From NCBI GenBank assembly GCA_016748015.1, contig JAAOMT010000790.1, positions 147,610 through 211,609 of the forward strand: DNA of 64,000 nt, given 5' to 3'. The notes under the pieces are model-generated. The model made no database searches, was not told where the DNA came from, and worked only from the letters and a program-made list of their open reading frames with translations. Of this stretch, positions 13,125 through 25,700 are shown piece after piece. Origin of the DNA: Geosiphon pyriformis uo1 (taxonomy: Eukaryota > Fungi > Glomeromycota). How positions within the stretch are numbered: position 1 is the stretch's first letter; each line of letters opens with the position of its first letter. Position numbers and translations under genes: made by a program.

Positions 13125-15158
13125 GGCCAATCTACCTAAAGATTTTCCAAATAAGGCTTTGTATCATCTGGAATTATACAGTTTAAGAATTTTTGACTGA
13201 GAATATATTGGCTGGCTTGGTTGTGTTTGTGAATACTGGTGGAATCTTCAGTAAGCTATTCAGGCACAGAGTCATGGAGTTGCAGCCCACTAGCTGGATG
13301 CCCCAGCATCCTCTAAAAGTTCTGATTAATTTGCTGATTAATCCCACAAATTGTTTTTTGGCTGGTGCGACACATGCTCTCAAGTTATATAACCTTTCAT
13401 TGGGTGGTGATCTGCCTGATGTTTTTCAGGCCAAGAATAGTATCGCAGTTTTGGACATATTTGGTTTAGAGTCTTATTTGTATGTGGCAAAGTCTCTTAA
13501 AAGATACAGCATAATGTTTGTTCATTAGTTTTTGGACCACCAAGGTGCATGTTTTAAGTGGAACACTTTTTGCAGGTGGAAGAAGCTGGACTCTAGAGGC
13601 CCAGTTCCTGTCTGATTTGTCTTGTTGGTTGAATTTATCAATGGGGGCAGTTTGTCGAATTGTGTGGTATTGTCTTATTGTTCAGCTCTTGCTAACTTTC
13701 CTTATGACTTCAGTTATGTTAATGAGCATTTGCTGAATTCTGATTTGAGTTCTGTGACCATCTATACAGATAGTTCCGTCAAAGGTTTGGGTTCATTGAG
13801 TGCTCATGGTAGTGCTGCCGCCTACTTTCTGGATACAAACATTAGCATCGGGGTCAAGATGGATGGAAGCTACAAGTTATTGTACTTGCTTTAAAGTGTG
13901 TGTCCGCTTCTCGGTCTGTTAATTTGTTTACTGACAGCCAGGCTTTGCTGGACTTGTGCAAATCTGGTGGTGGTGTATTTAGTCCTGATTTTCATGACAA
14001 ATGCTGGATTGAGAAGGAACATATTTGCTGTGTTATCTCTAAAAAAAGCTTGTTGGTTATTTGGAACAAAGTCAAGGGTCATTCTGGTGTTGTTGAAAAC
14101 AAATGTGCCAATTTTTATGTTGATGCTGCTGTTGCTTCTAAGTTCTTTTTGCCTCTTGTGGTTCCTTATCGCTTTCTCAAGGTTGAAGACAGGCCTGTCT
14201 CTGGAAATGCTTGTCATGTTGCCAAAAAATTGTTTAATGCTGTTCATTCTGTTGGTTGGGAAGCCAAATGTGTTGGTAGCTTCATTAGTGTGGGTTTCTG
14301 TGACCGTTTTGATAAGGCCAAAACCTTTTGTGTTTGGCATCCTGATGGCAAGATCAAAATCTGGCTACACCAGTAGTGTGTCAGCAACACTTTGGTCATA
14401 TCTTATAAAGGCACTCCACCACTGATTACCAGTGGCCAAAAGGAAAAGATTGTACAATTTAAGATATCCAAATATTGCCTGCATTCAGTGTGGGTTGGTG
14501 AAAGACTCTGATTACATGTTTTCCTGCACTCATGATGCTAATGTTCAGGAAATTTTGTTGTCTGATGCTTCTATGGAGTGGAATGTAGTGCTGGGAATTT
14601 CTGCTGATAAAAATGTGATTGCTAAGTCACTGCATGAGACTGGGTTTTCCATCAACCTATTCACAGCGCTGGCTAAAGGTTTTGTGTTGAAAGACTGGGT
14701 GGCTGACACAGTAAGCTGTTTGGGTGCTGGTTTTGGTAGGGGTATGTTGGTTGTTGATTTCATTCATTGTTTTGCTGAAAGTTACAGGTCAGCCATTTGG
14801 ATACCAACAGTTAAGTTGAGATCTTATTATGAAAAGCATAACCTTCTGCCACAAGATGGCTCCTCTTTTTTTTCAGTGTCTGGTCTGTCTTCTTTGTGGT
14901 CTGCTGGGTCAATTCGAGATTTTGGTTTCAGGTTGGGTGTTTACATATGCTTCAGGTTGCACCTGTGCCTTACAAAATCAGACTTTGGTTTTTTGAGTAG
15001 TTTTCCTGTAGCAGAAATTCTGGATGTGTAGTGCTGCCTTGGTTGGTCTAAGTAACTAGTTATGTGTAGAAAAAGCATGAACCATGCTTAATTTAGATTC
15101 TGTGTATTCTATGTACTTAGATAGTGGTTGGACTGCACTCATAAAATCTTTAATAAAA
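13125..15158 (+). mobile_element. LINE C, 5'-truncated copy of the B subfamily (RNase H, Zn finger, 3'UTR, poly(A))
   Basis: Colinear with 25497-27496/28320. Motifs IYTDSSVK, VKGHSG and CIQC...YMFSC. TSD AAAAAATTAAA at 13114-13124 and 15159-15169. Confidence 0.9.
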
Positions 15159-15574
15159 AAAAAATTAAATATATATTTAAATCAGATAATAATTATTAAA
15201 GAGTTTTTTAAAAAAATAATTGTCTTAATTTTATTTAAGTTTAACAAAATAGTATTAATTTAATTACAATTAATTAAACTATACTAAATTAAATCAAGCT
15301 AAATTATTAGCTTTTAAATAATTTGTATTAAAAAATAAAAACTTTATTTATGTTAATAATTAAAATATTTAAGAATAAAAAAATAAAAATAAACTATATA
15401 ATTTATTTTGTTAATAAATATTATTATTTATAATTTTGGAAATTTTTTAAAAAAATAAGCAAAAAACTTGTATTATTAATTGCATATTTATTATTATTAA
15501 TAAAATAAAATATATTATTATTTGTTTTAAAGCTAAAAACAATTTAAAAAAAACTTATTATATTATATAATATT

Positions 15575-18500
15575 AGCTTTTAATAAGTGAAGCCCAATCA
15601 CTATCTAGTACAAAAAGCCAAACTAAGTGGCTTACACTAGATGCAACTCATACACTCCCTACATATAGCTAGCCACTTAGACCAGACAAGGCAATACTAT
15701 ATACCTAAAACAACACAAGGGTTACAATTTAAACCTGTAAAAAAAGGACAAAGTTGTCAATGGCCAAAATTAACAGCAAAAGATTCGATGATACCAAGTA
15801 TCTTAATCATTCCCTCTGACAGAACAGATCTGATGCAACATGACAAACCTGAGACCAAACTATTATCTATGTTTACATCTTACCAGCCAAATTTTAAAGC
15901 GATGTAACTTAGCCAACTGCTTAACAAACCCAACAACCATGCAAAAAGCCTCCTTTTTCTCATCAAAAATATTAACAGCTTTCTCACACCAGTCTCTAAG
16001 CATAAACCTTTTGTACAAAACTGAATACAAGCCAACATCCAAAGAGCACTGACTAAAAGTCTGCAACATAGCAGAAGAAGACAGATCATTGACACCCAAC
16101 AAAGAAGTTCAAGATGCAAAAGCTTTAACCAAAACCTCCCCCCAAATCCCAGCATTCAATGCACAAGTAAAAACATGATCAAGCAGTTCCACTTTACTAC
16201 ACAACAAACACAACATGCCAGGATATCTCCTATTATACAACCTCTTTCTAACTGCCACAGGCAGCCATTGGTGCACAGCTTTCATTAGATATGTATGCAA
16301 ACCAGAAGATTCCTGACTAGTAAAGCCAGCAAACATATAAAAGTCAGGATGCCAAATCTTAGCCATAGTACTCCAGTCCACACATCCAACCATATTACTC
16401 AGAACAACAACCTGATCAGGACCAGCCTTTCAATGAGCACAGTAAATAAACTGAAACACATCTCTAATAAAATGATGGGTATTGTCAAACACGGCCATAG
16501 CTTCAGTCACCAGAAAACATTCACACACTCCTATAAGCAAAGAGAACTTAGAACATGTAGCATGACTAGTAGCAGCATCAGTCACCACATTACCAGTGAC
16601 TCCAGAATAGCTCTTGACTTTCACCCATCTCACAGCAAGATTTTTATCTCTAATTAAATTAAAAATGTGATGTCTCTCTATTTAGCATGGAACACAAAAG
16701 TCAGGCATGGCCAAGAACATTTCGGATACACATGCATCAATAGCAGCCTGGCTGTTAAGATGCAATACTACAGTACAAGAGGATGGGATGCACTTCAATG
16801 CTAGAGCAACTGCCTGGAACTCAGATAAAGTAGAAAACAATAGACCCTGAATCTTAACACCAACACTCAGATTTACAAAAAAAAAATACGCAGCAGTGCC
16901 ACCAGTCACACCAGCAGTCTCAACATCTCTTAATAAACTGTCTGTATAAATGTCAAATGAACTGGACCAAATTTTATGCAAACTACTTTGAATATTAGAA
17001 AACTTTACAGAATTCAGAACATTTAGCTCAAGTAGAAGACCACCCTCAGTACAAACAGTTAACAAAGAGTCCATATTCATCAAAAACTTTAAAACAGTCA
17101 CAAACTAGAAAGGAACAGGGCCTCTTAGATCCAACCTCTTCTAATGATGAAAAGTCTTCCAATCCATTAAGTAACTCTTTCTATTAAACAGTCTGTTATC
17201 AAAGGCAACACCAAAACATTTCAATGAATGAACCGAGCTAAAGTAAAGAGCATTTTTCAACACAAAAAATATAAGAAACACACCAGAATTATAAAAAGCA
17301 CTTGGCAAATTGTTAGCTAAAGACAGTTCACTATCCAAAAAAATCTTAACCACACTAACCAGAAAATTGTTTATAAGACTAACACGTAACTTAACAGAAA
17401 ACTGCAAGGGATTCAATGGAGCCCAATCCAGAACTTGCAAATCCAAAAATTTATGATTGAATAAATGCCCAAAAATGCCAAGAGCATTGAAAAATGAAAC
17501 CACAGTAGCTGATTTACATTTTAACTGCAATTGCTGAAAAGATTTCAAGCCATATAACAAAAAGTGATGTAATGCTTTAACTGGAAAATCATGTGACAAA
17601 TGTGCTTTAGACCTAAAACCTTTCTAAATCATAGCATCTCACTTGTGGCAAACCCTTAATAAGACAAAACTAAACTGGATTCTGTAGCTAACAATGGGCT
17701 GCAGAACAGTCACAACCAAATAGAAGAACTGCTTGTTAATAATAACCTTCCTGAGCATCACATTAACAAAAAAGCACACATCTGAATGAACTTTGATTAC
17801 ACTTGACTTAAACAACCCTTCAGTAGACAGAAAAATACCCAAGTACCTATGAGCTTTACTCTTTTTAGCTATTAAAATTGGCTGACCACTTATGCTTAAA
17901 GATGCCACTCTAACACCTTAATTAATAGAAATGGCCACAGTCTTTTTATTGTTAATAGAAATGTCATTGATTGCAAAAAACTTACTAGCAATATTCAGAG
18001 CATACTGCATTGATGTTTGATAGTTACTAACTCAAATTGTATTGTCCACAAATGCACCTACAGCAAAAAAGGAGAACATCCTGCCACTAATTTCAATTCT
18101 ACCAGTTCTAGCTACAAACTTAGTGTCAATTTGATAACCACACAAATGCTTATGCCTCTTAACTTTGCGTAAAAGAGAGTCATAAAAGATTCTCTAAAGA
18201 AGAGGCAAAAAGACCTCACCTTGATCCAAACCATTCCAAACTCTGTATCTACCAGTAAGACTGAAGTCTGTCATAACCCTATTTATCCTATTACTATGTA
18301 TACCACCAAAAAATCTGATGAACCTATCACACATTTTGATTTAACATAAGCTAGTCTTCAAATAATATCACCCCACAGAATCATAAGTCTTGTGTATGTT
18401 CTGAAAAACCAACCAAAGTTCCCAATCTTTTTCCAGAGCATTTTCAACTGAACCAATTGTAAACACTAGAGATTGGATAGATGTACTTTTTAAAACAGAA

Positions 18501-21500
18501 AAGTTATCACCCTGAAGAACACCAAACTTGCTGTATACAGAAAAAATCCTATCAGAAAGAATCTTAGAGAGAATTTTCCTAGCAGTCTCAATCAAAGCTA
18601 TAGGCTGTGTATTTGTAAGAACTCTATCCCAATTATATGATTTAGGGATTATTGAGACCCAAGCTCTCCTTCACAAAACAGGAACACCACTAACCAACAA
18701 ACATGCATTTAATAATCTCAAGAAATATCCCAACATTCTATTGCTACCACACTTCCATAGTTCATTAGGGATATCAGACAAGCCAGCTGCTTTACCATCA
18801 GGCAGATCATTGACAACTAAGAGCAACTCATTCGAACTGATGACACCCATCACATTAGAAAAAGCACAATCTTGCACATAATTCAATGGAGCATACTAAT
18901 AAGCCCAGAGATCAGGCACCACCAAAAACACCACCTGTTTCCTAATCCAATCCTCTATAATTTTATTAACATTGAGCTTTACTTCCTTAGGTTTCAAAAT
19001 TAATTCATTATTCATAGAACTACTTTGTGAGAAGGCCAATCCAAAACACTTCTAATCATGCTGCCTTTGTCAGAACAGAAATTTTTCATGCACTTCAATA
19101 TTGCCAGTTTAATAGAAGCCTTCTCAGCCACTTTTGATTCATACATTTTAGATCTCCTGTATTCTTTACAAACCAATAACAAATGTCCAAGAACTACTTT
19201 ACTCTTTCCATCTAAGCCAATCAAGTTAGCAAAGACACAAGCCTTGGTGCTATCCAAAGTTGACCATGTTTTCACAAGGCAATCAACTTCAGACAAATCA
19301 CCTGAAACAAACTTTTTAACAATCTTGGCAACCAACAATTTCAAACCAAAAAACTTAGAAGAAAATTTATTTCTAGAACAATGAAACTCATTAAACCACT
19401 GTCTTGAAAATGTCTTGTCAGCTAATTCCACTATCACTCTTTTTAAAATTGCCCACATAGCATTCACATTACTGTGAGTTTCAGCACCAAAAAATTTATT
19501 AGCAACCACCAAAAGCTTGGCAGAAAGACAATCCCTAAAACCAGTCTATTTGGGGCCATTAGCATCTTTAATTTTGAATTTTCAACAATCTTTGTTAGCC
19601 TGTTTGCGCAAGCTATTCAACCAAATATCTAGAAGTCTACCTAAGCCAATCAAAACCAAAACAGCACTATGATCAGTGTCAAAAAAACCAGACACAGAGC
19701 AGACCTAATGACCAACAATGGCAAAAGAAAGATTTCTGCTGACAAAGATAAAATCAATTGTCTTTTCAACTCCCCATAAATTGCTCTATGTAAGGGTCTT
19801 TTCCATATAATAATTGGTAAATAAATTGACCAAACCCAGACCCAAACAAAACTTGAAGGTTGCACTCCTTCCAGACCTATTCTTATTAAAATCTCTACCT
19901 AGAACCACAAAAGTGCTAGAATTAACAGCTTCTGCAATCAAAGAGTTCACCTCCAAAGCTTGACCAAATCTGGTCTCAAAAGAGGCACCAGTGTACAAAC
20001 CCAGAATTGTGACTGAAAGCTTGTCTTTAAACAAAAGTCGAACTGAAATAATCCTGCCAGAAATCTCTTTTATCTTAGACACATGGCAAGCCAATGAATT
20101 GTTAATAATTATAGCAATCCCAGCATTGAAAAAACCTTTATCCAAGCCAGATATGAAGACATGTACACTCTTAAACTTATTAGCAATTCAAGGCTTAATA
20201 CTGGACTTCAATTTAGTTTTTGTAACAAAAAACACCATATTGCCAGAATTCGCATGCCAATACACAACATCTATTTGCTTTGCAGGAACATTGATGTCAT
20301 GAACATTGCACACAGCAAACTTCCAAACCAAACCACTCATTGGGAGAGGGAAGAAACCAAGAACCCCAAGCCAATACACAACTGATCTAACTTCACCAAA
20401 ACAGAACCAATTGAGGCTTCAAGAGCCACCAACTTGGACTCCAGACAGTCCATCTTGGTAGTTAAGATTTTTGAGCTATTAAAGCCCAGAGCTGAAACAA
20501 TAGAGGGAGTTGCAGGCACCACCATTGAACCATTCAAAACCATATTCAAATCTGAATCCACATTGACAACTATTGGGACAACTGAATGGCCAAAAGAGGG
20601 AGTGGAGACCAAAGACACCAATTCCATGCTGCTGAGTTTGTGCACAATGCCAAAAACTTAGTCAGTTAACAGCTCCAAAGATTGTTCTAAAAAGGCCAAA
20701 TAAGCATCCAAAGACGAATTGCCAACCAAGACAGAAGGAAAACCATCATTCAAATCTGAAGTGCCAGACAAAGGGGAACCAGAACCAGAAGCAAAGTGAA
20801 AACCATCAGAGGAACCAGCAAGTGAGACCACCGGGACCTAAGATTTACCACCAAAGGCAGTAGGGCAGGATATTGGAACATATTTTTTCTCATACAACTT
20901 AGCCAACTGAAGATGACATTCATCAGACACAACTTTTTTAAATGTTTTTGAAGGCTTAGAAGAGGACACAACAGATGCATCACATTCCAAAGCAGAGTGA
21001 CCAAACTTCCCATATTTTTTATACTGAACCAGATCCATCCTTGCCCAAAAAAGTTTAATTCCACTAAGAATTGGTTCCATGTGAAAGGCAGATTCCAGAT
21101 CATTATCAGATTCAAAACCAACTACAACACAGCGAATCCTATTGCCAGTTTCTAGAGATTTGTTTATGATGCAAGTTTTCTCACCAGCTCTTTTCAGAAG
21201 AGTCCCAAGATTATGTGCTGTTGTTCTTACTGGCAAAGTAAACAAAAGTGCTCTGAACTGATCTCTTAATGCCCAAATTTCATGATCTTCTACTGCTTTG
21301 ACTATGTACACAGAATTTTTACCAATTAGGAATAACTACTTAAAGGCTAACAAATTAGCTTGGTCCAATTCAGTAAACTCTACTACAGCTTTTTGCCATA
21401 TTCCAATCAGTTGAATTTTAATTGACTTAATTTTCCCAAATTCGGATACTACAGCAACAATCATATCTTTAGATGTGTTCATAGGAAGTTCTTTAATCAC

Positions 21501-21579
21501 TACAGTCCAATCTGACCTCATTCCTTGTTTCTTAAGATTGCTGTTTATGTCAATTTTTTTTTCTCTGGCCAATAATGCG
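15575..21579 (-). mobile_element. LINE A, 3' part (ORF1 C-half, ORF2, 3'UTR), inverted
   Basis: ORF1 fragments 20337-21573 include a degenerate knuckle YKKYGKFGHSALEC. ORF2 fragments: APE (CNVHDIN, GRDFN, IDFI, DH), RT (FVDN at 18041-18052), RNase H (IYTDS, VKSYSG) and CLLC...HVFTC. 3'UTR at ~15580-15695. Confidence 0.9.
15697..20340 (-). pseudogene. LINE A ORF2 (APE-RT-RNase H-Zn finger), many in-frame stops
   Basis: Successive ORF fragments are interrupted mostly by TGG/CAA/CGA-derived stops. The start ATG overlaps the ORF1 stop (ATGA, 20337-20340). Confidence 0.85.
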
Positions 21580-22745
21580 AAAATCTTGGTTAACACCAAT
21601 CTCAAGAAACCAATTGGTCATTCAGATCGGGCTGTGGTGGTAAAAGAAATTCCAGTTGGAACATCAGTGGAGACTGTGCATACTGTGCTTTCTGAATTTG
21701 GTTCTGTTGTGTCGATCAAAATGCAATTAGTGGGGCTATGGCAAAAGGCTGTGGTTGAATTTGCCCAATTGGATCAGGCTGATTTGGTTGCAGCTAGATG
21801 GTCCATCTTGATTGGGAAGAATGCCGTGAAAGTAGCTAAGGCTAATTTGGACAAGAAATCATGAGACACAAGAGATCAGCATAGGGCTTTGCTCTACACA
21901 CTGCCGATGGGCACTAATGTACATGATATCTGGGATTTTATTGGTTCTATGGGTGGGAAAACATGAGTCATCAATCGACATCCTGTTACATATGCCTAAA
22001 CCAGATGTGCTATTGTCTGTTTTGACTCTATGGCTTTGATTAATGCAATTATGGGAACCACACCTGTCTTGAAGGGTGCCAATCTGCATTGGGCTTACAT
22101 GAGTTCTGCCAAGTGTGCTAAGTATGGGAATTTGGGTCATATATCTCTGGGTTGTTCTGTGGGTGGGAAACCTTCCCCTGGTAGATTAGCTCATAGGATA
22201 TTGTCTGAAGATGATAAGAACAGGCTGGCTTCTATTTATGTAAGGCACTCTGCTCTAATATTCCATCCTGTGTCTTTTGGTGGCATTTCATGGGCCAATG
22301 TTGTTGGTGGGTCTTCTTTCCCTTTTCTCCTTGTACATAGTAATTTAGCTTCTTCTGGTTCCTTTTTGGGGATGAAACCTCCTCCGTTGGTGTCTGTAGA
22401 ATTAAATAATAGGTTTGCTGCTCTTGAGTGTAGTTTTGCCAGCCTTGCAGAACATGTGGACAAGTTGGCTAAGAGGTTGGACTCACCTAGGCCAATGGTT
22501 TCTCAGCCTAGCCCTAGATGTCAGCTATTGGTGCCCTCTTCATCACAGAATCAAGGGGCGGATATAGTGATGAGTAAGGGTTCAGGTGTGGCCACTGGTG
22601 GTGAAGCTATTGTGAGAGTGGCAGTTTTTGATCTTTCAGTTGTCTCTAAAATGGAGGAAACTTTGCGCAATCTTTCAATCACAGTTATGGGTCTCTTGGC
22701 CAAAATTGACAATGCTGGTTTGGTTTTCAATGTTCATCTTTCTCA

Positions 22746-25700
22746 ATAATAGAGCTGGTTTGGAAAATTGCAACATGTAATGTTCATGGTATCAATGTCT
22801 CTGCCAAGCAGAAAGATGTTGTTTGTTGGCACAGTAATTCTGGAAATATGGTTTCTATTATTATGGAAACAAAATTGAGGTCTAATATTAGACCTTGGAT
22901 TATGAACAAGTTCAATGGAGTGAGGATATTTTCTTCTGGTTTGGACAATGGGTTTTTTAGTGCTGGAGTGATGATCATTATGAACAATTTCCTTGCTCGT
23001 CATGTTTCTAAGATTGAGAAGATACTTGGTTGTTTTCTTTCCGTTCGGCTTCTTTTTAAGAACAAATTGTCAGTTGTAATTTTGGGCCTGTATACAGGTG
23101 CTTCTGCCGAGACTAGATTTGGCCAAGCTTGTGAAATTAACTCTTTTATTGCCAAGGCTGCTAATTCTTCCACATTCATGGTTCTGAGTGGTGACTTCAA
23201 TGAGAACAGATCTAGAAAGAATGCTAGTCTTAAGTTTTGCTCAGATTTGGGGTTGGTCAACTCCTTTGGTGGACATCCTCTGGCCAAAGCTTCCACTTGG
23301 GGCAATTCCCGGGGTGTTATGAAGATTATCGACTATATTTTTGTGAGCAAGAGTTTGTCATCTGCTTTGGCTGGTCATAAAATCTCTTCTGTTTCTGATT
23401 TCTTTGACACTAATCATAATGCTGTTCTGGTTTCTGTTGGTTTGAGTGGTCTCTTGGATTCCTGTCTTAATAGTGAGTGCAAACAGGCCAATAAGAATAA
23501 GTGGAAATTCAAGATCAAGGATGCAGATGCTAATAAGTGGTTACACTTTAGGGAATGTTCTTTAGACAGGTTCTTGGGAAACATAGTTTTATTCAATGAT
23601 GCAAAAGTTAATGGAAATTTGAATGCCATGTGGAGGATCCTTAAGGATGTGGTTTTTTACTCAGCAGATAAGATGTTTTCTAAACATTGGTTTAGTGAGT
23701 TTGATTGTTCGAAAAATAAGCTATCTTTGAAGTTTTTCAAGTTGGAGTTGTTGGTGGCCAAGTTGATGAAATGTTTGAGCTTGGGTCAGATATCGAATGC
23801 TGCTTGCTTCCTCAAGGTGTGGTCTAATCTTGATAGTAAGGAGGCATCCAAAGCATGCACAATGTTTGATGATAATGTGAGCAAGGTGAGCATTCTTCAA
23901 CACCTATCAAGGGTAAAAAAATTGTACCATAAGTCTAAATACTATAAGTCTAGGGTGGCCAGAGATATTTCAATTAGGAGAGCAATAGACAAATGAATGG
24001 AAAACTTTAGCTCCAATAAAGGACTTATGATCAAGAGCATTTTGGATCGGCCATTCAAAAAAGTTGTGCTGAACCATCTGATATTGGACAATGAGTTGAT
24101 TTTGGAGCCCAAGGAAGTTAAATCTGCTGTTGATAACATCATGGAGGGATGGATGAGGAAAAGAGTTGCTCCTGTTTTTCTGCCTGTTCATTGGTCTAAT
24201 CAATATGCCCTCTTGGACTATATCAGTAATGATGCATTCTCAAAGGTTATGAATGTGATTAAATCGGATGAGTTTCTCTTAGTGGTCAAAGAACTGTCTG
24301 ATGGGAAAGCTGCTGGCATGTCTGGTATTCCTAATAAGCTTTGGAAGCATGGAGATACTCAGGTTCTGGGTGGTCTGCTTGACATTCTTAATGTGTGCTT
24401 AAAGTTAGGAGCAGTTTTTTTACAGTAAAAGCAAGCCTGAGTTTCCATGATATCAAAGCCCTATGATTGGGAAGGGACACTTACTAATACCAGGCCAATA
24501 GCTTTGATTAAGACAGCCAGAAAGATACTGTCTAAGATTTTTTTTGACAGAATATCTCTGGCTTGTAGTGTTTCTGATGTTTTTCGTGGGGACAATTTTT
24601 TGGTTTTAAAAAGTACATCTACTCAAACTCCTATCTTCACCATTGGTTCTATCATTGAAAATGCACTTGAGAAGAACAGGAAGCTTTGGCTAATGCTTCA
24701 GGATATGCAGAAAGCTTATGACTCAGTTGGGTGGCCCCATCTGCAAAATAGTTTAACTAGGATCAAAATGTGCTCCCGTTTTATTGAACTTTTTGGAAAT
24801 ATACACAATAATCGGTCCAATTGGATAATGACAGACTTTGGTCTAACTGATGGATATGCTATTCATGATGGGTTGGATCAAGGAAAAGTTTTTTCACCAT
24901 TGTTGTGGAGGATCTTTTATGACCCTCTGTTTTGTGAAGTCAAAAGGCATGAACAATTGTACGGCTATAGGTTGAATTCTAAATTTTTTACCAAGACAGG
25001 TAAAGCTGACTCTAAGGGCAGCAAAACCTCCTTTTTTTGCAGCTAGTGTCTTTGTGGATGACACTATTTGGATTGGAAATTGTCTGGCAGCCATACAATG
25101 CATTTTGAACATTGTGAGTGAATTTTTTTCAATTAATAATATTGTTATCAACACAGACAAGACAGTTGCCATTTCTATCAATTGAGGGGCCAGGGAGGTT
25201 TCTTTGTCAATCAGTGGCTCTAGAATTTCTATTGCCAAGAAGGGTGTGTCTTACTGATACTTGGAGATTTTTTTTTCTACAGATGGCCTATTTAAGCCAA
25301 GTTTGGCCAAAGCTTATTCAGATATTAGGTTCTTTTCAAATGTTGTGCTAAGGAAGGCTGTTACTGAGAAGCAATTTTTGTATTTGGTGTCTGCTGTTTT
25401 GCAACTCATAATTGGTTACAGACTTCAGTTTAGTTGTATTTCTAAGAGTGTTTGTGAAAAGTGGGACAAAATATTGAGAAAAGAGTTAAAGCTTAAGACT
25501 AATCTACCCAAGAATTTTCCAAACGAGGCTTTGTATCATCCAGAATTATACAGTTTAAGAACTTTTGAACAGGTGCTGGCTGAGAATATATTGGCTGGCT
25601 TGGTTGTGTTTTCGAATGCTGGTGGAATCCTTGGTAAACTATTTAAGCACAGAGCCATGGAGTTGCAGGCCATTAGCTGGATGCCCCAGCACCCTCTAAG

